Positions 43,193 through 57,498 of a stretch of DNA of 64,000 nt are shown piece by piece. Made by a program: the position numbers and the translations under genes. The notes below the pieces were generated by a model that was not told the origin of the DNA, did not search any database, and saw nothing but the letters and a program-made list of their open reading frames with translations. Source of the stretch: Octopus vulgaris (lineage: Eukaryota); assembly GCA_951406725.2 (NCBI GenBank), contig OX597819.1, positions 19,592,001 to 19,656,000 on the forward strand, in the 5' to 3' direction. Position 1 is the stretch's first letter. The number at the start of each line of letters is the position of its first letter.

Positions 43193-43507
43193 CAGTAGTT
43201 TTATTTTTATAGCGTGCTTTCACTTCATTACCGAGCACAGCTCTGTGTGCCTTCGGTATGTGCTGTGATTTGTTGTGATGCTCTGATGGTTATTGTATGG
43301 AAAGTGTTCTGCATAGGATGTGTGCAGTGCCTAGTAGTGCAATTTTCTGTATGTTATATGTGTTTGTAAGTCCTGGTGTTTTTGTTATGTATTTGTCTGA
43401 ATATTTTTTATCATGCCTAATGCACCTACTATGATAGGAATTGTTTCTGTTTTCAGATTCCACATTCTAGTTACCTCTATATCCAGGTCTTTGTATTTTG
43501 AGAGTTT
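43190..43507 (-). mobile_element. Dong/R4-like non-LTR retrotransposon 3' end in (TAA)n
   Basis: KLSKYKDLDIEVTRMWNLKTETIPIIVGALGMIK..TPGLTNTYNIQKIALLGTAHIL..TLSIQ*, then 3' UTR; (AAT)n on both sides (43126-43189 and 43508-43651). Confidence 0.9.
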
Positions 43508-43511
43508 ATTA

Positions 43512-43658
<147 letters not shown>

Positions 43659-43725
43659 CACACACAAACATTATTATGTCTGTGTCACTCAATCAATCAA
43701 TGAGATATATTCAGTAACAGTATTT

Positions 43726-43810
43726 TAAAGTAAAGATTATTTACCAGCATGATGTGACATTCGTCCTGTCCAGGACTTCCACATTATGTTGTCAAATAAT
43801 CTTTACTTTA
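43726..43810. repeat. 85-nt imperfect hairpin
   Basis: TAAAGTAAAGATTATTT/AAATAATCTTTACTTTA (17 bp perfect), CAGCATGATGTG/CACATTATGTTG, GTCCTG/CAGGAC. Confidence 0.85.
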
Positions 43811-44108
43811 TACATATATATATATATATATATAGGAACGTATCTGTTTGTGTGTAGTGTGTTTGTGTGAGAGAGGGAGAGACAGACAGAGATTACGGGT
43901 AGCGTAGTAATAGATATTTTTCTAAAGCATAAAACTTGATCGTGGTGTAGACTTAGATTTTCTACATATTAATTATTGCTTTCAGTCATACAAACATTTA
44001 CATTTATACGATATATTATCGCACGGCGTCTCATTTACTTGGATAAACAACTATAAATCTCGTATAAACAGCAACAAGTGTTCTATCATGAAAGTAGTGT
44101 TTCACAGG

Positions 44109-44147
<39 letters not shown>

Positions 44148-44931
44148 TTCATAGATAGATATACATAATATATATATATGTATATTTACACTTATACTTT
44201 TTTACATCTATATACATATATATATAATAATTGTATTATATATATATATATATATGTGCATATATGAGTGTATATATATATTTATGTATACACAGACTTA
44301 GGTTGTCCCACATAGGATGTAGAATTGGCAAACAGTGGAACGTGTGGTTGTATCATTTGAAATATTTTCTGTCTGACTGAGATGCAGAGTTGCCAACATT
44401 TCCTCACACTTTTGCTCTTCCGGATGTCAACAAAAATAATCTCCTGCCAAAGCACTGGCGTGAAACCCTCTCTCGCATTCTTTCTCCTTTCTACTTCTGA
44501 TGGTTGGTGAACGTTTGAAATATCAATGTTCCCTTCTACTCGCACCTAAATGATGTTAATTTTGTTTTATTCTCTGTAGGTTCCAATGTTCGTACCATCT
44601 GAAAGTCAGACTCGCTTATTACACAAAACGGGACTTCGTTCACGATCATGCCTCCCCTTTACAACTGTTTTGCAAGATGTCCAGTATTACATGTCTCGTG
44701 AAGAATATTGCACTCCGTTTTTTTTTCTCCTTTTTTTTTGCTAACAGAAATATCTGTGCTTGTTTTAGGGCATTTCGAATGCATGCTTGTATTCTATTTT
44801 GATTATCAGTGTTAACTTGACAACCACTGTATCACATGGGCATAAAATATCCGCTCTTTTTAAAGGGCAAACACTGTACTAGACGTTTTGGTATGCAGCT
44901 TAAATTTCAGGATCTTTGGATTTACTTCTTA

Positions 44932-44965
<34 letters not shown>

Positions 44966-45849
44966 TCATTTTTCTTTGTATATATTGGCTGAATCTCTTT
45001 CAGGGAATCAGCTGAGCTCTGCAGCAAAAAATCTGCATGGAGTTTCAGACAAAACTGCCAAAATGTGTAAGACATGCCACAACATATTTAATCACCTAAA
45101 AACGCATTGTCCTTAAGTAATACAAATATTGTTTCTGTAATAGATAACGCCTTATATAATACATAGAAACTGGTAACATCTCATTTTCTCTATGTATATA
45201 TGTCATCATGCACCGCGATTTAATATTCCTCATTTTCCGTAGACATATTATTGTGAATGGATCTTTATTGACTACAGTAACCTGAGTAAACAATCTTGTT
45301 GGACTTTCTCCACTGAGATCTTGCTATGAAAATAATCTGTGTTTAACACTGGCAATTGTTCAAGAACAATTTCCCTTTGTCCAAACGTCTTGCTCGCGTA
45401 GAAGCCATGAAAACACCACCAGTTTTCAGGTAACGAATGACGCTACTTTCCTGCAATAATAATATTAAACAGAATAAAGGAATAAACAATTAAATGACTC
45501 AACCGCAATTCTGAAAGACTTGGAATTACTGTTACATGTCGTCTGCATTTGGTAAAGGAAGAAACTTCACACCTATTCGCCTTCCACCAATTAATAAATT
45601 ATACTTTTGCCTAATCAATAAAAACCAACTTATCGAATTCCCATTCTCATATATTGTTTTTCCGAGTCATCGAGCTTTTAACAATATTAATATGTTATTG
45701 ATAATCGCACAACTATTATAATGAATTATCACATATCAGAATGCTATATGAGAGGAACCTATTTTCTGGATAACATAGCATAAGAAGAAATGCAATAAAA
45801 CTGTAAAACTTTCCTCCAGAAATTTCCAAGTATTGCTGTCAAATGTGTA

Positions 45850-46960
45850 CTACCTGTTACGTTCGGTATCTTCACCTTTTCATGCCAGAAAATCGCTTTC
45901 GTTGAGATGGCCCCGTTGGATATCTTACTCACTTTTAAACCTCTACGGATGTGTTTCAACTCCAGGGTTAGGTCTTGGAACTTTCACATTCTCTCGTTCT
46001 CTGATTTACAAGCATACCTACGGCAATGAAGCTCTAGTCGTTGGAATCCATCTGCAGAAGAGTAGCATCGGATGCGTTGTGTTACACCTTCTTATCTAAA
46101 TTGACATATCCCTCGTGAGTTCCACCTGATCATTCGTTTCTAATCTTTGTTGGGGCATTCTATCACATACTTCCTGCACAACTCCAAGTGATTTCACAGA
46201 GCCACTTCGTCAGGTGTTGCTTTCCCTTGACTCTTTGTGGACTAGTTTTGCGCATTCACCTAGTATATACCTCACAAAATATACACAAAGGTGTTTCTGT
46301 TCTCTTAGCATGTCTATATTTAACTGCATTGTTCCGTAAAGCTTTCCTGAACCAGCAACAAATTTCCATATTTTAATCAATATTCTTCAGCAGCTTCATG
46401 CGATGTTTGTTGGGAAAGCTATCCGTATAGGGTCTCTCTTTTCAGCTGATGATCTTTTCCGTAAAAAATCCTCTTTTTGTACTCGTAGAGTATCTCATCG
46501 TTATCACTGATCACTCAGTACACACTATAACATCCTTTTATTATTATCACTAATAGAGACATTCATGGAGTTGATTTCCTTTGTAACACTAACTTTTATA
46601 CCAACCATTCCTTTTCCACCTTTTTCCCAGTTAAGTAGAGCTTTGTTTCGTTACTTTTGCCATGAAGGCATCAAAGCATGGCTAATAATTCCCTGCTTTT
46701 CTCTGTCCATGCAGTTCACTTCTACCTTGGTCCACCTTCCACAAATTCCGCGCTTACAAAGCAAGCATTACTGCCTATGTGCATGTTTCCTCCATCCAGA
46801 TTTGCATTTCTTGATTTTTCCACCATTCTGGTATATTCTAAAGATAACTTTCCCTTCATCTTGCTGATCAACATCTCGTCTAATTGTAAAACACTAAAAT
46901 ATTTGTATCGTTTTCGTTTCTCTTCTTAGATACATTCGTCATCTGCAAATTTCACTCCAC
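45850..46960 (-). mobile_element. Degenerate R4/Dong-like retrotransposon: RT C-terminal half to endonuclease
   Basis: Frameshifted peptides in the expected order: VKFADD, YKYFSVLQLDE, WTKVEVNCMDRE, LHGKSNETKLYLT..GGKGMVGI, ECAKLV, LELCRKY. Confidence 0.7.
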
Positions 46961-47015
46961 TCCAGTCCAATTAACGTTTCCACCTCTGTCTCCTCATCTC
47001 ATCCTCATTCTCCTC

Positions 47016-47345
<330 letters not shown>

Positions 47346-47425
47346 CATACTACTCTTACAATTATTGTTATCATCATCATCAACATTATTAGTATATAAT
47401 TGTACACAGATTAACAAGACTTTGC

Positions 47426-47471
<46 letters not shown>

Positions 47472-47577
47472 CTATGTCTATATATATGATATATATGTAT
47501 ATATATCTACACACACGTGTGTATATACATTCACATATATACATACATATACATACATGCATCCATATATATATATG

Positions 47578-47609
<32 letters not shown>

Positions 47610-47640
47610 TACACATGTATACATACATATACAGGCATAT

Positions 47641-47712
<72 letters not shown>

Positions 47713-50707
47713 GTGTGTGTGTGCATAACATATCCGCCGTTGTATATTATTTGCATCATTACGCTAATATCATTATGATATTATTAACTGTACCAATATA
47801 GTAATGCGTTGCTTTATAATAATCTATAATCTTTTTATTTTATATTTGTTTACTAAGAATCTGTTAAAACGTTAGATGTCTTCTAAAACATTTTACCATT
47901 CTGGTTATATTACAATTAATTCCCATTACATCAATCAAACAAATATTGTTCTTCAGAAAGAGTGTCGAGAAGTTCCAATTTCCGGTTCTGAGTCTCATAG
48001 ATTAGCATTTCTATTGGAAATGCTTGACGCAGTAACTCATTTCTTTCGTTTTTATAGCTCTGGCTATTCTGTCTTTCTTCCTACCCGACTCCCGAACATT
48101 AGTCATTGCGGTTTTGCTATCCGTTTCATCTAATGGCGAATCGTTACAAAACCGAAATGATCATCTTAGTTTACAAGGAATCTGGCGTGATTTCTATTAG
48201 AAGCTACGCTTTAAGGAATCGCTGAGATCAAAGACAGGCCTCGCGGGGTACTTCTAAATCAACATGTCGACTGATTTCTACAATACACACAATTATGTCT
48301 TTCACAGAAGCGATAATAAAAATTTCTCTTTTTGTTAGGCAGCTCTTTTCTCGCATTTGCTCAATTTCAGACTAATCGTATGCTTTAACTCATTCGTCTG
48401 CTTCATGTCACATCTCGATTATGTTGGCAAGGACATAAACTAATCCTTCAAACTATTAGATCTCGGCATTCGGCATTGTCGACAAGTGTTTTTCATGTGT
48501 TTCATAAGATGCATTAAAAACAGCTCGAGGAACATGTCTTTAATGAAAATTAATAACAAAGAAATAATCCGACACGAAACACCTTAGCTATAATGAGTAA
48601 AATGTTATCGACATATAAATATGTCCAGAATTATACATCGAAGTGTACAATACCTATTGTGTGTATCTTCATTTTATAGTCATTTTATAAGTAACAGTAA
48701 AATCTAGGAAAACAATTATCTCATCGTGTTAGTAATTTTTTTTTTAAACAGGAAATTCCTAGATCAGTAGAACGGCAATTACTTAATGGGTTGCAATGCA
48801 TAATTTTAGCGAATAAAGGATCCAACAGGCGAATCATTCATATGATTCAAAATACAATAAACTAGATTTGTTTTAACATAAAGTTTCATTCTTTAAGAGA
48901 ATTTTAGTAAAGCTTTACAAACATTTTGGATTTGGTTTGCAAGACTTTTTATATGAGTTACTGTGTTGAAGCATATTCTGTTGTGTCTGGGGAGAGTCAA
49001 ATCTATTGAAAAGGTTGTATGGCGCAAAGAAAAGTTTAGAACAATAAAAAAGAAGTGGAAATTTTACCAGTGAGTGTGTTAAATTATACGGCACAATAAG
49101 AAAATGACTCTCCCCAGACACAACTGAATTTACAAAACTTATTTTCCATTTTGTTTTTGTTGGACTTGCTTTAATTTGCAACGCAGTTATCCTCACATCG
49201 CCTCATAAGATTTAGGGGGCAGTGATAATTCTTGACATCGACAGATGACTACAAATGGCATGAGTTGAACAAGGCTGTATATCATATGTATACATAGGGG
49301 TTTATATGTGTGTGTGTTTGCGTATGTGTGAGTGTATGCATATATGTGTGTATGTGTGTATGGTCCCATCTCAAATTGTGCTACTGAACAAAGGGAATAA
49401 GGAAATGAAGACCACGGATGACACCAACAAGGATTATGGTAAATCCTAACAACAAACGGAACAGTGACAAAGGCAGTCGAAACACTGATTTCAAATTTCG
49501 GTAAGAGGCCGACTCCAGGGATCACTTCTATTTATTTATTTGATCGATCCCGTAAGGATTACACACAAAGGCCAACTTGGCTGAAAGCCAATAGAAACAT
49601 CAACAGCAAACACAATTATTAACGCAATCCAATTTAAGTACAAGACCAGCAATGTTTGAGACAAAGCTTTCAAACAATTATATTGATCTATTTATTAGCT
49701 GGTATTATATACATTGGCTTCCGATCGGATGAAGTGTGTTGTTGACCTTCGTACGCTTCGATCTCAAAGCGTTAATCAGAGAACAATAATCTCAGGAAAC
49801 TTTTACCAATTCTTTAAAGACTGCACCAATCTACATTTAAAAATTAAAATAAAAACAACAAAAACAATAAGAGTAAGAAATAAGGGGTCTTTAACATTCA
49901 CATTGGTAAGGTAGTTTAAATATGTTCTGTGCAGAATACACTGTGTTGGCTATGAAGTAATTTTACAACACTGACCATGTTAGATAACGCCCCTGACATC
50001 ATTTCTCCCTCTTCAGGACCAGAGATATCGATCTTCCGGTGTTTAGTTTCTCTTCTAATCGCTTCCTTGTCGCCAATCTAGGATCATCGTCAAACGCATG
50101 GAATAATGTCCATCACTTTTGCACGCGTGGTTATATCGCATTGCAACATTTCAAATAATTTGACTTCGATAAAATTGATAGCCGCTCTATTGGAATTAAT
50201 TACTGCTTGAAACAATGGCAAATATAAAATTAACAAATTAAATTATTAAGCTGAATCCAGTACCACCCGATAGTTCCTTGCAGTTTGCTTCTGTTTCACA
50301 TCGTGTCATCATCTCTGGTTGAGATAAAAACTATGATCAAAATCATTGGCGTAGATTTCATCCAGTATATCGTGACGTCGCTTATTCCTAACACACATAT
50401 ATATATATATACATATATAAAGGCATACACACACACGCAGACACGCACACATATATCAGTGTAAATAATTATATACATGTCTATATATCCATTCATATAT
50501 ATGCACTTGTGTTTGTGCGTATTATATCTATCTGTCTCAATATTTATCTGTATACGCATACACGCATGTGTATGAGAGTGTGCATATGCACACAAACACA
50601 CACACACATACAAGCATATATATATATACGTGTATGTATATATATATATACACACACATATATATTTATATATATATATATACTTATATATATATATGTA
50701 TGTATAC

Positions 50708-50778
<71 letters not shown>

Positions 50779-51002
50779 AACACACATTTTGTGAAATTAT
50801 TATATGGTTAATGGACAATATATCCAATTTTACGGCATATTTGGCATTAGAATTTTTTTCCTTTGCCCTTATTTATTAATTATATAAATTTAACCTTTAA
50901 AGGTATTTTTAGTATGTTGGCCATTGATAAATTTTTTTTAGAAAAAAAAAATTATCCAACAATAGATATACATACACACATATTCTGTTATTCTTGAATA
51001 TG

Positions 51003-51175
51003 ATTTAGGCATTTGGCTGTGACCATGCTGGAGCAGTTCCGTTTCGTCCAACAAATCGACCCCAGAACTTTTTCTTTATAAGCCTAGTACATATTCTATC
51101 CCACTTTGTCCAAACCGCAAAGTTACGGGGATGTAAATACACCAAGATCGATTGGTTGTCAAGCGATGGCGGGAA
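51003..51175 (-). mobile_element. Dispersed SINE-like repeat fragment (family D)
   Basis: Minus strand CATCGCTTGACAACC..GGTGTATTTACATCCCCGTAACTTTGCGGTTTGG..GATAGAATATGTACTAGGCTTA..CTGGGGTCGATTTG..CTCCAGCATGGTCACAG; shares CTGGGGTCGAT with family A. Confidence 0.65.
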
Positions 51176-51234
51176 AAATCTCTCACACACACACACACAC
51201 ACACAGATACATATGTACATATTTATTACCTATA

Positions 51235-51283
<49 letters not shown>

Positions 51284-51515
51284 ATAAACAGTTTACTCAT
51301 GGGCTCTTAAGGAGCGTCCTCATTCGAATTGCTTTGCTGCGCCTATGTTTTGTTTTGTTCTGACAACGTAATTCCTGGTTTTTCCCGAAGAGAAAGCTGC
51401 AATATGGTATCCTTATTTAATTAGAAATTGGAAAATTGTGGCCTTTGAAACATGTGTAGAATGTAATAAAAGGAATTCTGTACAATCTTCGTTCAACTCC
51501 ATTTCTTCCATTCAC

Positions 51516-51585
<70 letters not shown>

Positions 51586-51970
51586 TACACATTCACAGAC
51601 ACTCACACACACACGTATACTGCACTGTTCGTCGATGGTAAGTAGTGAAAAAAACTTACTCCATCTGGTGAGAGATAAATATCCTTCAATAGATACAATA
51701 CATGATTTTATGCGCTACCCATAGAGTCACATATTCACAAATACCTCAAACATTTTCGTCCGACACAAATGTCATCTCATAACGAAAAACTGAAGGAGAG
51801 AAACGCGAACATTTGAGAAGAGAGCATTATTGTGGTGACTGCCGTTTCTCACTTTATTTATTATAAGTTGAACAAAAGCATTTCTTGCACAATCATTCAT
51901 GAATCTTTTGTGAGACAAAAGGAGACAAATTCCCAAACGTGATAGATATTGCAAATCACTGACTGTTCAA

Positions 51971-52051
51971 TATTTACATTGTTTATGATAGTTACATTTG
52001 ACGGATGTCTGTACTCATCTTGTTGGTTGTTAACACATTTCGGCTGATATA
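51971..52051 (-). mobile_element. Second copy of the hammerhead-associated tail seen at 35550-35644
   Basis: Minus strand TATATCAGCCGAAATGTGTTAACAACCAACAA..ATCCGTCAAATGTAA aligns with TATATCAGCAGAAACGTTGTGTTAACAACTAACAAATATCTATCAAATGTAA. Confidence 0.7.
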
Positions 52052-52647
52052 AATATAAACGTATGCTTATATAAATATAAACATACGTATGAGTTTCTAG
52101 GCGTTCTTGGATGTACGGATATATAAATACCACAAGTACCTGTTCACATGTTATAAAACTTCCGTCTATGTTGAGAATATAATTATTCAATTACGAACAC
52201 TGTATTAATTAAGGACTTCATTTCCACCAAATAAATCACGTAACAAGTAATTAGTCTACACACCCTTATAAAATATATACAAAAATTTGTTAAGATTAAC
52301 TATTTTATTTAGATTTGTTGCACAATGCTACAAATTTAATATAGGAATATGACAGTAATTACTTATGAATTTATGTTCCTGGCGGTGTATGTGGGTATAA
52401 ATTCGTGGTGGTGCGTAGTACAAAATGTAAGAATGTTTTACGCTCGTGTATAGGTGTATAGGACTAATCTATAAGGACCTGTAAACAATTTGTCAACATT
52501 CAAATACGAAGACAACAACCATTAATATCTACATACACACGGCGCACACATACGTTATTGTATATGTATAAATGTATATGTATAAATGAATATATAAATA
52601 TATATATATGTATGTGTGTGCGTATGTATTTATATTTATAAGTTTAC

Positions 52648-52732
<85 letters not shown>

Positions 52733-52899
52733 TATATATATAAACTTATAAATATACATAGATAAACATAAACTACATGCCGCTAGCTAATCTGAAATTT
52801 TCGATTGTTTCGTAAAGAAAATGTATTTTATATTTTTTATTATAATTACTTTTTAATTCTTTTTCTTCTATTTTCCTTTTGTCTTCGTTTATTTTTGTG

Positions 52900-53150
52900 A
52901 TTCATACTTATTAAATTCTCTGAGATTTACTGCAGGCAACCATTTCTCTTATTTCCTGGTGAAATTTCATTAAAGAAATTACGCAAATTACAAATTGCAT
53001 CGTAACCAAATATTTTATTTTATTACAGAAACTAATATATTCTTCAGTCTTAATAATTCACAATTCATTAAGTTATCTTATGCGACATTTTCTTATTATA
53101 TAGCCGATTCCATCAGATAATAACCGTACACGCTGCTTGTTACTATGTTT
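52900..53150 (-). mobile_element. Possible Penelope-like GIY-YIG C-terminal relic
   Basis: Broken minus-strand peptides KQRV..CNL*..NKR..VAC resemble the PLE C-terminus K.R...H..C.LC..EK..LNKR.E...CRH; very degenerate. Confidence 0.35.
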
Positions 53151-53503
53151 ACCAATATTGTTCTGTCTGCTTTTAGCTCCATTATTGTTTAGTTTTGTTG
53201 CCTTTTCTTTGCTTGATATCTCACAATTTTTTTTATATTTTCATTGTTTTAATTTTCGATTCATTTAAAATTAAAATTTTATTCATTAATTCTTACTTTT
53301 TTTATGATGGCTTTCTTTTAACATTATATTTTTTGTCATTCTATTTTTGTATTATATTTGTTATTTATATGTTCATGACTATTTTTTCACCCGTTAACAT
53401 GTTTATTTCTTTTCAATTTTTCGACACTCAAATCATTGAGTTAATTACTGCTTTACATCGTCAAGTATTCTCTATATGCATAGGCACGCAAATATACGGC
53501 TAT

Positions 53504-53626
<123 letters not shown>

Positions 53627-53669
53627 ATATGTATATAAACCTACGTATGTATATTTCTGTGTTTATGAT

Positions 53670-53700
<31 letters not shown>

Positions 53701-53754
53701 ATCAATGTATAAACATGTATGTATTTATATACGTATGCATATATATATATATAC

Positions 53755-53815
<61 letters not shown>

Positions 53816-53923
53816 TACATATATACATAAATATGTGTATATGCATTTACGTGTGTATGTGATTCTATGCATATCTCGAGCACTGTGTCTTAGAATATCT
53901 CACACATTATGCAAATACGCACA

Positions 53924-53975
<52 letters not shown>

Positions 53976-53983
53976 CATATTTA

Positions 53984-54016
<33 letters not shown>

Positions 54017-54149
54017 TGTTGCCTTTTGCCGATGTATTATTCACCGAAGTCGGAAAGTTTAATTTCCATACAAATCGACATATCTTTGTATACAATACAC
54101 GCTATACGGGTAGAATAGATTTGTCAAGATTAAGATAAGTGCAATACTT

Positions 54150-54358
54150 CCGTCCAAGGCATACCAGTAACAAAGGCAACAAGGGATTAAAAATCCGGCA
54201 AGAAGCCAGCTATTTCGGTTATGGGGGTGTGTGTTTTTATCGACTCCGAAATGATGAAAGTCATAGTGAGCATCGGTGGAATTTGAACTCGGGATGCAAA
54301 GACGGGCGAAATGGCGAAAGGTATTTTTCATGGCCTGCCACAATTCTCCCAGCTCGCC
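54150..54358 (-). mobile_element. Degenerate family A SINE
   Basis: Minus strand starts GGCGAGCTGGGAGAATTGT..GAGTTCAAATTCCACCGA..GACTTTCATCATTTCGGAGTCGATAAAA. Confidence 0.75.
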
Positions 54359-54707
54359 ACCTCCAGTACTAACAATAATATTGAAAGGAAACAAAAAAAA
54401 AAAAAAATGAAAATACGAAAACTATAATAGGAATAAAGTTATATTAATGTCTAATTCTTCAGGTATTGATCAGTTTTTGTACTTCGTAGATTCTTGCGTT
54501 TATTGTAGAGATAATGTGATGGTTGGAAAGCTAGGATAGTTAATGGGTTGTTTCTGACTTATACTCATTTCTTTCTGTTGGTCATATATATTGTCCATGT
54601 TGAAGTAGATTTGGTGAGGCATTGTATAGTATAATATTCGTGGTAAGTATTTTTGTCTACTATGTAGTATTGTACACGCATACACGCGCACACACACACA
54701 CAGAGAA

Positions 54708-54895
54708 CATCATCATCATCATCATCATCACGATCATCATTGTTCGACCGTGGTCGAAACAATGGTATTTACCATGCTACGCCAGACTTCACGGTCCATC
54801 ATAACATTACGGAGGTCCTGTTGCTGGATGCCTGTATCCCTGGAGATTACATCAGGGTAGGAGAGTTTTCGCCCTCTGGTATCGCGAGTAGATGG
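54708..54895 (-). mobile_element. RTE-clade LINE 3' end with (GAT)n tail
   Basis: PSTRDTRGRKLSYPDVISRDTGIQQQDLRNVMMDREVWRSMV..* matches the RTE C-terminal motif RGRP...Y.D.L..D..L...M.DR..WR; (GAT)n tail follows the stop directly. Confidence 0.8.
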
Positions 54896-54928
54896 TACAC
54901 ACATACACACACACACATGCATACAAAT

Positions 54929-55018
<90 letters not shown>

Positions 55019-55060
55019 TTATGTTGAACTCTACGATTTCCCTCTATTTAACTCTCTCAT

Positions 55061-55113
55061 GTTGTCTCTGATGAAAGGATATCCTTAATATTCCAGAAAC
55101 AGTTTTAAGTACA
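55061..55113 (+). ncRNA. Degenerate minimal hammerhead motif
   Basis: CTGATGA (55068-74), stem II GGATAT/ATATTCC, GAAAC (55096-100), then AGTT-TTA, a possible decay of AGCT-GTA; weak stem I TGTCT/AGTACA; next to (TA)n. Confidence 0.45.
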
Positions 55114-55612
55114 CCTTACTCGTGAAAAATGTATGTTTTATAAATCCCGCACAGCCGTGGTGTTGTTGCGTCATTTTATTTAACACACACACATACATAA
55201 CATGCATTATACTTGCTTCCGATTTTTTGTATGTGTTTATATTATTGAGTTTAATGCTTGGCTGTATACGATGTTCACTGATACAGCTGTTAAGAACGTG
55301 CTCAGTTGATTTTTTAGATGCTCAGTAGGTTTTTAGCTGAATAAAATTGTATTGTAGTAGTATCGCAATAGGCTCTAGCCAATGGTGGCGCTAGTATGTT
55401 TCGGTTGCTAATTGAATTTCTGGCCAAATTTATGCCTTACAGAAGCGTACGTTTTATAAAGGAACATTTGAAAAAATTTTGGTAAATCCCTGCTGTTATA
55501 TCTCGACGAATATACATTTTGCGTAGAGTTTATTATTACTATTCGTGTTTGGCAGGTAACACCCAAGCAGCTTGCTATAACGAGAGCTACTGTCTGGTAT
55601 TGGATCAGGGCA

Positions 55613-55614
<2 letters not shown>

Positions 55615-55680
<66 letters not shown>
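55615..55680. repeat. (CAT)22 microsatellite
   Basis: Direct reading of the sequence. Confidence 0.95.
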
Positions 55681-55681
<1 letters not shown>

Positions 55682-57242
55682 TTCGTCGTCGTCGTTATTA
55701 TTATTGATGCTGTAGGTTGTTTTCTTGATATTGTTTTGTTTTACTTGTTTTTAGCGCTATGGATAACGTGTGGACAGTATTTTTTTTTACCTTCATAAAT
55801 ATCTTTAAAATTCACTTTGTATTATATATTCTTCACGTATTTTTTCCATTGTATTCACTGCTATTAGTTTTTCAGGAGGGTTTGTGAATGCGATGCACGA
55901 TACGTATCAGATGAATGCGATGCAATTCTCTGATGTTGTGAATGGCGGTAATAGCATTTCCTCTCCTTATTCAACGCAGTTTATACAAATGAAAATATAT
56001 TTATATCTCAGTATATATCATATTGGTGAAAATTGCGACTGGTTCACAATAACATCAGCCAATAGTTTCGTTCATCACAGACCAACAGGACTTGTGAAAA
56101 TATATAGGTGGAGACAGACATACATATTATAGACAATGTCACTGAGATTCGTTGAATGCCATGGCAACAACCACGTCATCTGGAAGCTGTCATCGTATAC
56201 GGGTAAATGGCTGAATGTTTTCCGAGTCTCTCTGGCACAATGACATTTTCCATAATGTTCAACTGCCATAACAATATTGCCTTAAATCAGGTATTTATAT
56301 AAATGACTTATTTCAATTATTGTTCTTCTTAGAAAGGTCGTTAGCTATATCTAAATATCACGGTAGCATTATCCACATCTTTGCAACTGACAAAGATTCT
56401 GCGCAGACGAATGACCTACAAGATATTTCAATAAAATCTTTGCCAAATATCAGTTGTCTTGGAAATGGTCAAATATTTAGGGCAGACGTATTCCGGATGT
56501 TATATGTCAAGACTGAAGACGAAATGGTCAAGATTATGATGCCGTTCGTAAATGAAGTTGCGATGCAACCCGGCAAATGCAGACACGGGAAAAGTATCGA
56601 AAGGCAGCGTCGGCAAGCAAACGCCCGTAATTTCAATTCCAGGACAAAATTCTTAAACTTTCTTGAAACGCCTCTTACCTACCAAATGCAGATACCACCA
56701 CCCCGAAAAAAGACTGATTCGCTAACATTCCCCACCACCACACACTTCAAACCTTAACACAAACACTAACGCAAAACTCATCTTCCCCCAATTCTTATCC
56801 CACTCCTATACAGCAACATTTATTCTGACAACGTCGAGAATTGCAGCTGCAGTTGAGAAGAGGTCCGTAATTAACCAAGGCCTTGTAATTCCTCATTTTC
56901 CCTTTGCCTACATGGAAAGTGTGTTATTTTCTCGGAGATTTTGTGGTAGTTGAAAATATATTAGCGTCTATTTCTAATTAAGTACGGGGCGAGTCACATC
57001 GCTCACGGCTTGTTATAATTATGTATATAATTATAAATTACTTTGTAAAATTTACCTAACAGGTTTATATTTACGTACTGGCTACCTGGTTAAATTATTA
57101 CTGATTTTACCGTATATTAAAATAAATATAAATATATATGTGTGTGTGTGTGAGTGTGTGTGTGTGTGGACGGGAGTATGCATATATATATATATGTATA
57201 TAAATATAAACATATACATATATATATGTGTGTTTGTGTATG

Positions 57243-57329
<87 letters not shown>

Positions 57330-57464
57330 ACACACAGACACAAACATACATACACACACATATATATATAGTCAATTTAAATAAACAGATAAATATAATA
57401 CAAACCAATAAAAATGAATAACGAGGGTGTGCATAATAAACGTACTAAAGATTAAATGAGAAAA

Positions 57465-57498
57465 TTTGACGTTTCGATCATAGCTCTTTGTCGGAAAA
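57465..57498 (-). ncRNA. Degenerate ultra-minimal hammerhead-like motif
   Basis: Minus strand TTTT-CCGACAA-AGAGC-TAT-GATC-GAAAC-GTC-AAA: core mismatches, but stem II, GAAAC, GUC and TTT/AAA stem I are in place. Confidence 0.35.

Noticed and set aside
44560-44700. Splice-acceptor-like TTCTCTGTAG followed by a short open frame
   Set aside because: No donor site or recognisable peptide; cannot support an exon
56320-56757. 145-aa non-repetitive ORF
   Set aside because: Non-ATG start and no recognisable domain; may be a decayed transposon but I cannot support a call
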